In this document: piece after piece, positions 38,180-39,881 of the stretch
Position numbering within the stretch: the stretch's first letter is position 1
Layout: each line of letters starts with the position of its first letter
NCBI GenBank assembly: GCA_048939765.1
Contig: JBHLPF010000012.1
Coordinates: forward strand, 1-39,881
Source: Promethearchaeota archaeon
GTDB taxonomy: Archaea; Asgardarchaeota; Thorarchaeia; Thorarchaeales; Thorarchaeaceae
Direction: 5' to 3'
Length of the DNA stretch: 39,881 nucleotides
The notes under the pieces: model-generated
Databases searched by the model: none
What the model saw: the letters and a program-made list of their open reading frames with translations, nothing else
What the model was told of the DNA's origin: nothing
Made by a program: the position numbers and the translations under genes

Positions 38180-38767
38180 CTAGTTGAATGTGAACATCAT
38201 TGCTTTTGCCAGAAGCAGAGTTCTTGCATGAAGCTCATCGTTCGATACGTGAGATGTAAACCTGTTATCTTTGACAGACATACCATGCCTTAGCGCAATA
38301 GACTCGAGGTTATCACCGTACAATTCTGATGATGTTAGCCGATAGCTGAACCAATCTCCGTTTGTTCCTTTTATTTGACAGCTGACATCTATGTAGCGAT
38401 CATCGTCAAGCAGTATTCTGAACCTCTTGCCAATAGCCTGCCTAATGGTCACATCAGGACCAAGGATTCCTCTAAAGACTCCCTCAGTGTAAATTGCAGC
38501 TGGGCTCGGGAGGAACGCCCAGCTCCAGAAGCTGTATACCAGAACCAGTAATGAGAGTGCAATGAAGAAGCCTATTGTGTTGTATGATGCTATCACAGGA
38601 AAGCCCTGTATCCATCCCTCGGGAAAAATCTCAGGAGGAGGGAAGTCGATGATTCCAGGCGAATAGAAGAGATAGAAAGCAACAGTGCCCACTATAAGGA
38701 GTGCGGAGACTGCGATCTTCTCTCTCTCCTTGTAAAGCGCTCTTGCGTTCGTGAGCAGTTCGTCCAT
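38180..38767 (-). CDS. Hypothetical 2-TM membrane protein with soluble C-terminal domain
   Basis: ATG 38767 overlaps upstream TGA (TGATG); two hydrophobic helices around a Pro-rich loop (DFPPPEIFP). Confidence 0.75.
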   Translation of the reverse strand: MDELLTNARALYKEREKIAVSALLIVGTVAFYLFYSPGIIDFPPPEIFPEGWIQGFPVIASYNTIGFFIALSLLVLVYSFWSWAFLPSPAAIYTEGVFRGILGPDVTIRQAIGKRFRILLDDDRYIDVSCQIKGTNGDWFSYRLTSSELYGDNLESIALRHGMSVKDNRFTSHVSNDELHARTLLLAKAMMFTFN

Positions 38768-39129
38768 CACTCTTCCTCCAAGGCCTTCAGGTAAATGCTC
38801 TTCGCCTCTTTTCCGTAAGCTCGACATATGTCAACAAGCACTCCCAAGAGGGGATGCTCATTGTTGATTCTGATTGAGTACAGCTTAGGTGTGAGTTGGT
38901 CTATCAAGATCATTTTCTCCTCCTGAAGGTGTGCCAGCACACCCCTGTAGAGACTTCTTGATTTCCCACTGTACCCTATCAGACGACTGAGTTGAACACC
39001 ACTGACGCTTCGGGGGTATATATGTCCCAGTGCCAAGAGAATTGCTCTCTTGGTGTCGTTGATTGACGACATGAGCTGGAGCAGTTCATATACGGTTCGG
39101 CGTGTGTCCTCCTCTGCCATTGCAATCAT
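38767..39129 (-). CDS. Putative winged helix-turn-helix protein
   Basis: KRAILLAL..YPRSVSGVQLSRLIGYS..SLYRGVLAHLQEEKMI..LYSI pattern; start 39129 or 39120. Confidence 0.65.
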   Translation of the reverse strand: MIAMAEEDTRRTVYELLQLMSSINDTKRAILLALGHIYPRSVSGVQLSRLIGYSGKSRSLYRGVLAHLQEEKMILIDQLTPKLYSIRINNEHPLLGVLVDICRAYGKEAKSIYLKALEEE

Positions 39130-39324
39130 GCCTTCCTTGGCACATCTAGTTGCTTGTGTCGCCCTTTACACAACAATTCTAGCAACTCTAGGCTAGCGCA
39201 AAGACGAGATTCCTCAATATATCTTTCTTTTCTAATTTCGAATGGATGCACCCTACAGAAGTTAATAAGAAAGCACACGACTAAGGGTCTAGAACCTTGT
39301 ATTCGTTGGAGGTTTATTCAGATT

Positions 39325-39881
39325 ATGGCTTTCGGAAGCAAATACTTCGGTTGGTTGTCAGCCATGGCGATTGTTCTCGCTGGAGGCTGGTTCCTATTGC
39401 CATCCGGGTATAATACCTTGATTCAGTGGATGGCTCCACAATTGGGTAACTATGTGCGGCCTTCACTGGTCATGGTCAATATTCTACTGGTCAACCCATT
39501 GACCAATATCATGATGGTCGCGATTTGGGCTGGAGCTGGTTTTGTCGGAGGAGTGCTAGCCGGTACAAAGAAGGGTGCCTTTGTGGTAGGATTCATGACC
39601 TGGCTCTTCTGCATTCTATTGGCTGGGTTCTGTGTCGTTCAGATGTTCATGTCTGGCCTTGACTTCGGTTCAATTCCCCCAATCCCTCCTGGAAGCTCAA
39701 TTGTTGACATTCTGGGCATTCCACTAATTCAAGATGTGATTGGTGGTATTCTCCCCATGATCTCGGGCATGTCGGGTGGAGGTTTAGACATCTTCTCCAT
39801 GGTCCTTCCACTTGTAATGTGGGTGATAGTGCCAATCGTTGTGGTGATTGTGGCTGGAATAGCTGGCGCGATGGTTCGCCC
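39325..39881 (+). CDS. Hypothetical multi-pass membrane protein, truncated at window edge
   Basis: Not in ORF track; GGAGGT at 39308-39313, ATG 39325, open to end: MAFGSKYFGWLSAMAIVLAGGWFLLPSG... Confidence 0.8.
   Translation, partial: MAFGSKYFGWLSAMAIVLAGGWFLLPSGYNTLIQWMAPQLGNYVRPSLVMVNILLVNPLTNIMMVAIWAGAGFVGGVLAGTKKGAFVVGFMTWLFCILLAGFCVVQMFMSGLDFGSIPPIPPGSSIVDILGIPLIQDVIGGILPMISGMSGGGLDIFSMVLPLVMWVIVPIVVVIVAGIAGAMVR

Noticed and set aside
31199-39167. Shared 11-mer TGTCGCCCTTT at 31199-31209 and 39157-39167
   Set aside because: 11-mer matches are expected by chance in 40 kb, and orientation relative to the two transcripts is opposite
1-39881. CRISPR arrays, tRNA/rRNA genes, transposases, integrases
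   Set aside because: No spaced direct repeats, cloverleaf-like segments or recombinase motifs seen by eye; intergenic gaps are short

Overview
Gene-dense archaeal chromosomal segment with no tRNA, rRNA, CRISPR array or mobile element that I can see. An Asgard-type profilin-like gene, an arrestin-fold gene, archaeal TATA-like boxes and several receiver-less histidine kinases point to an Asgard archaeon, plausibly Thorarchaeia (inference). Routine content is peptide/amino-acid catabolism (M32, M3B and S9 peptidases, isoaspartyl peptidase, Ord-like dehydrogenase), transporters (DMT, MFS, BMP-type ABC) and redox proteins. Most notable: (1) a minus-strand cluster PadR -> BtrH-like protein -> 1630-aa single-chain double UvrA with complementary domain deletions in its two halves -> translationally coupled QW-repeat protein, with tandem palindromic operators upstream of padR and no uvrB/uvrC in the window; (2) a PAS-PAS kinase whose phospho-His is replaced by Ser and which carries a C-terminal CxxC thioredoxin/KaiB-like domain; (3) an arrestin-N-like ORF at the left edge missed by the ORF track; (4) a monocistronic 64-aa basic 4-Cys protein resembling a shortened eL34, behind a long leader hairpin; (5) an orphan PFL2/PflD-like glycyl radical enzyme. 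Family assignments are from motif recognition and recalled sequences, not database searches. Many starts were moved from the ORF track to more plausible codons.
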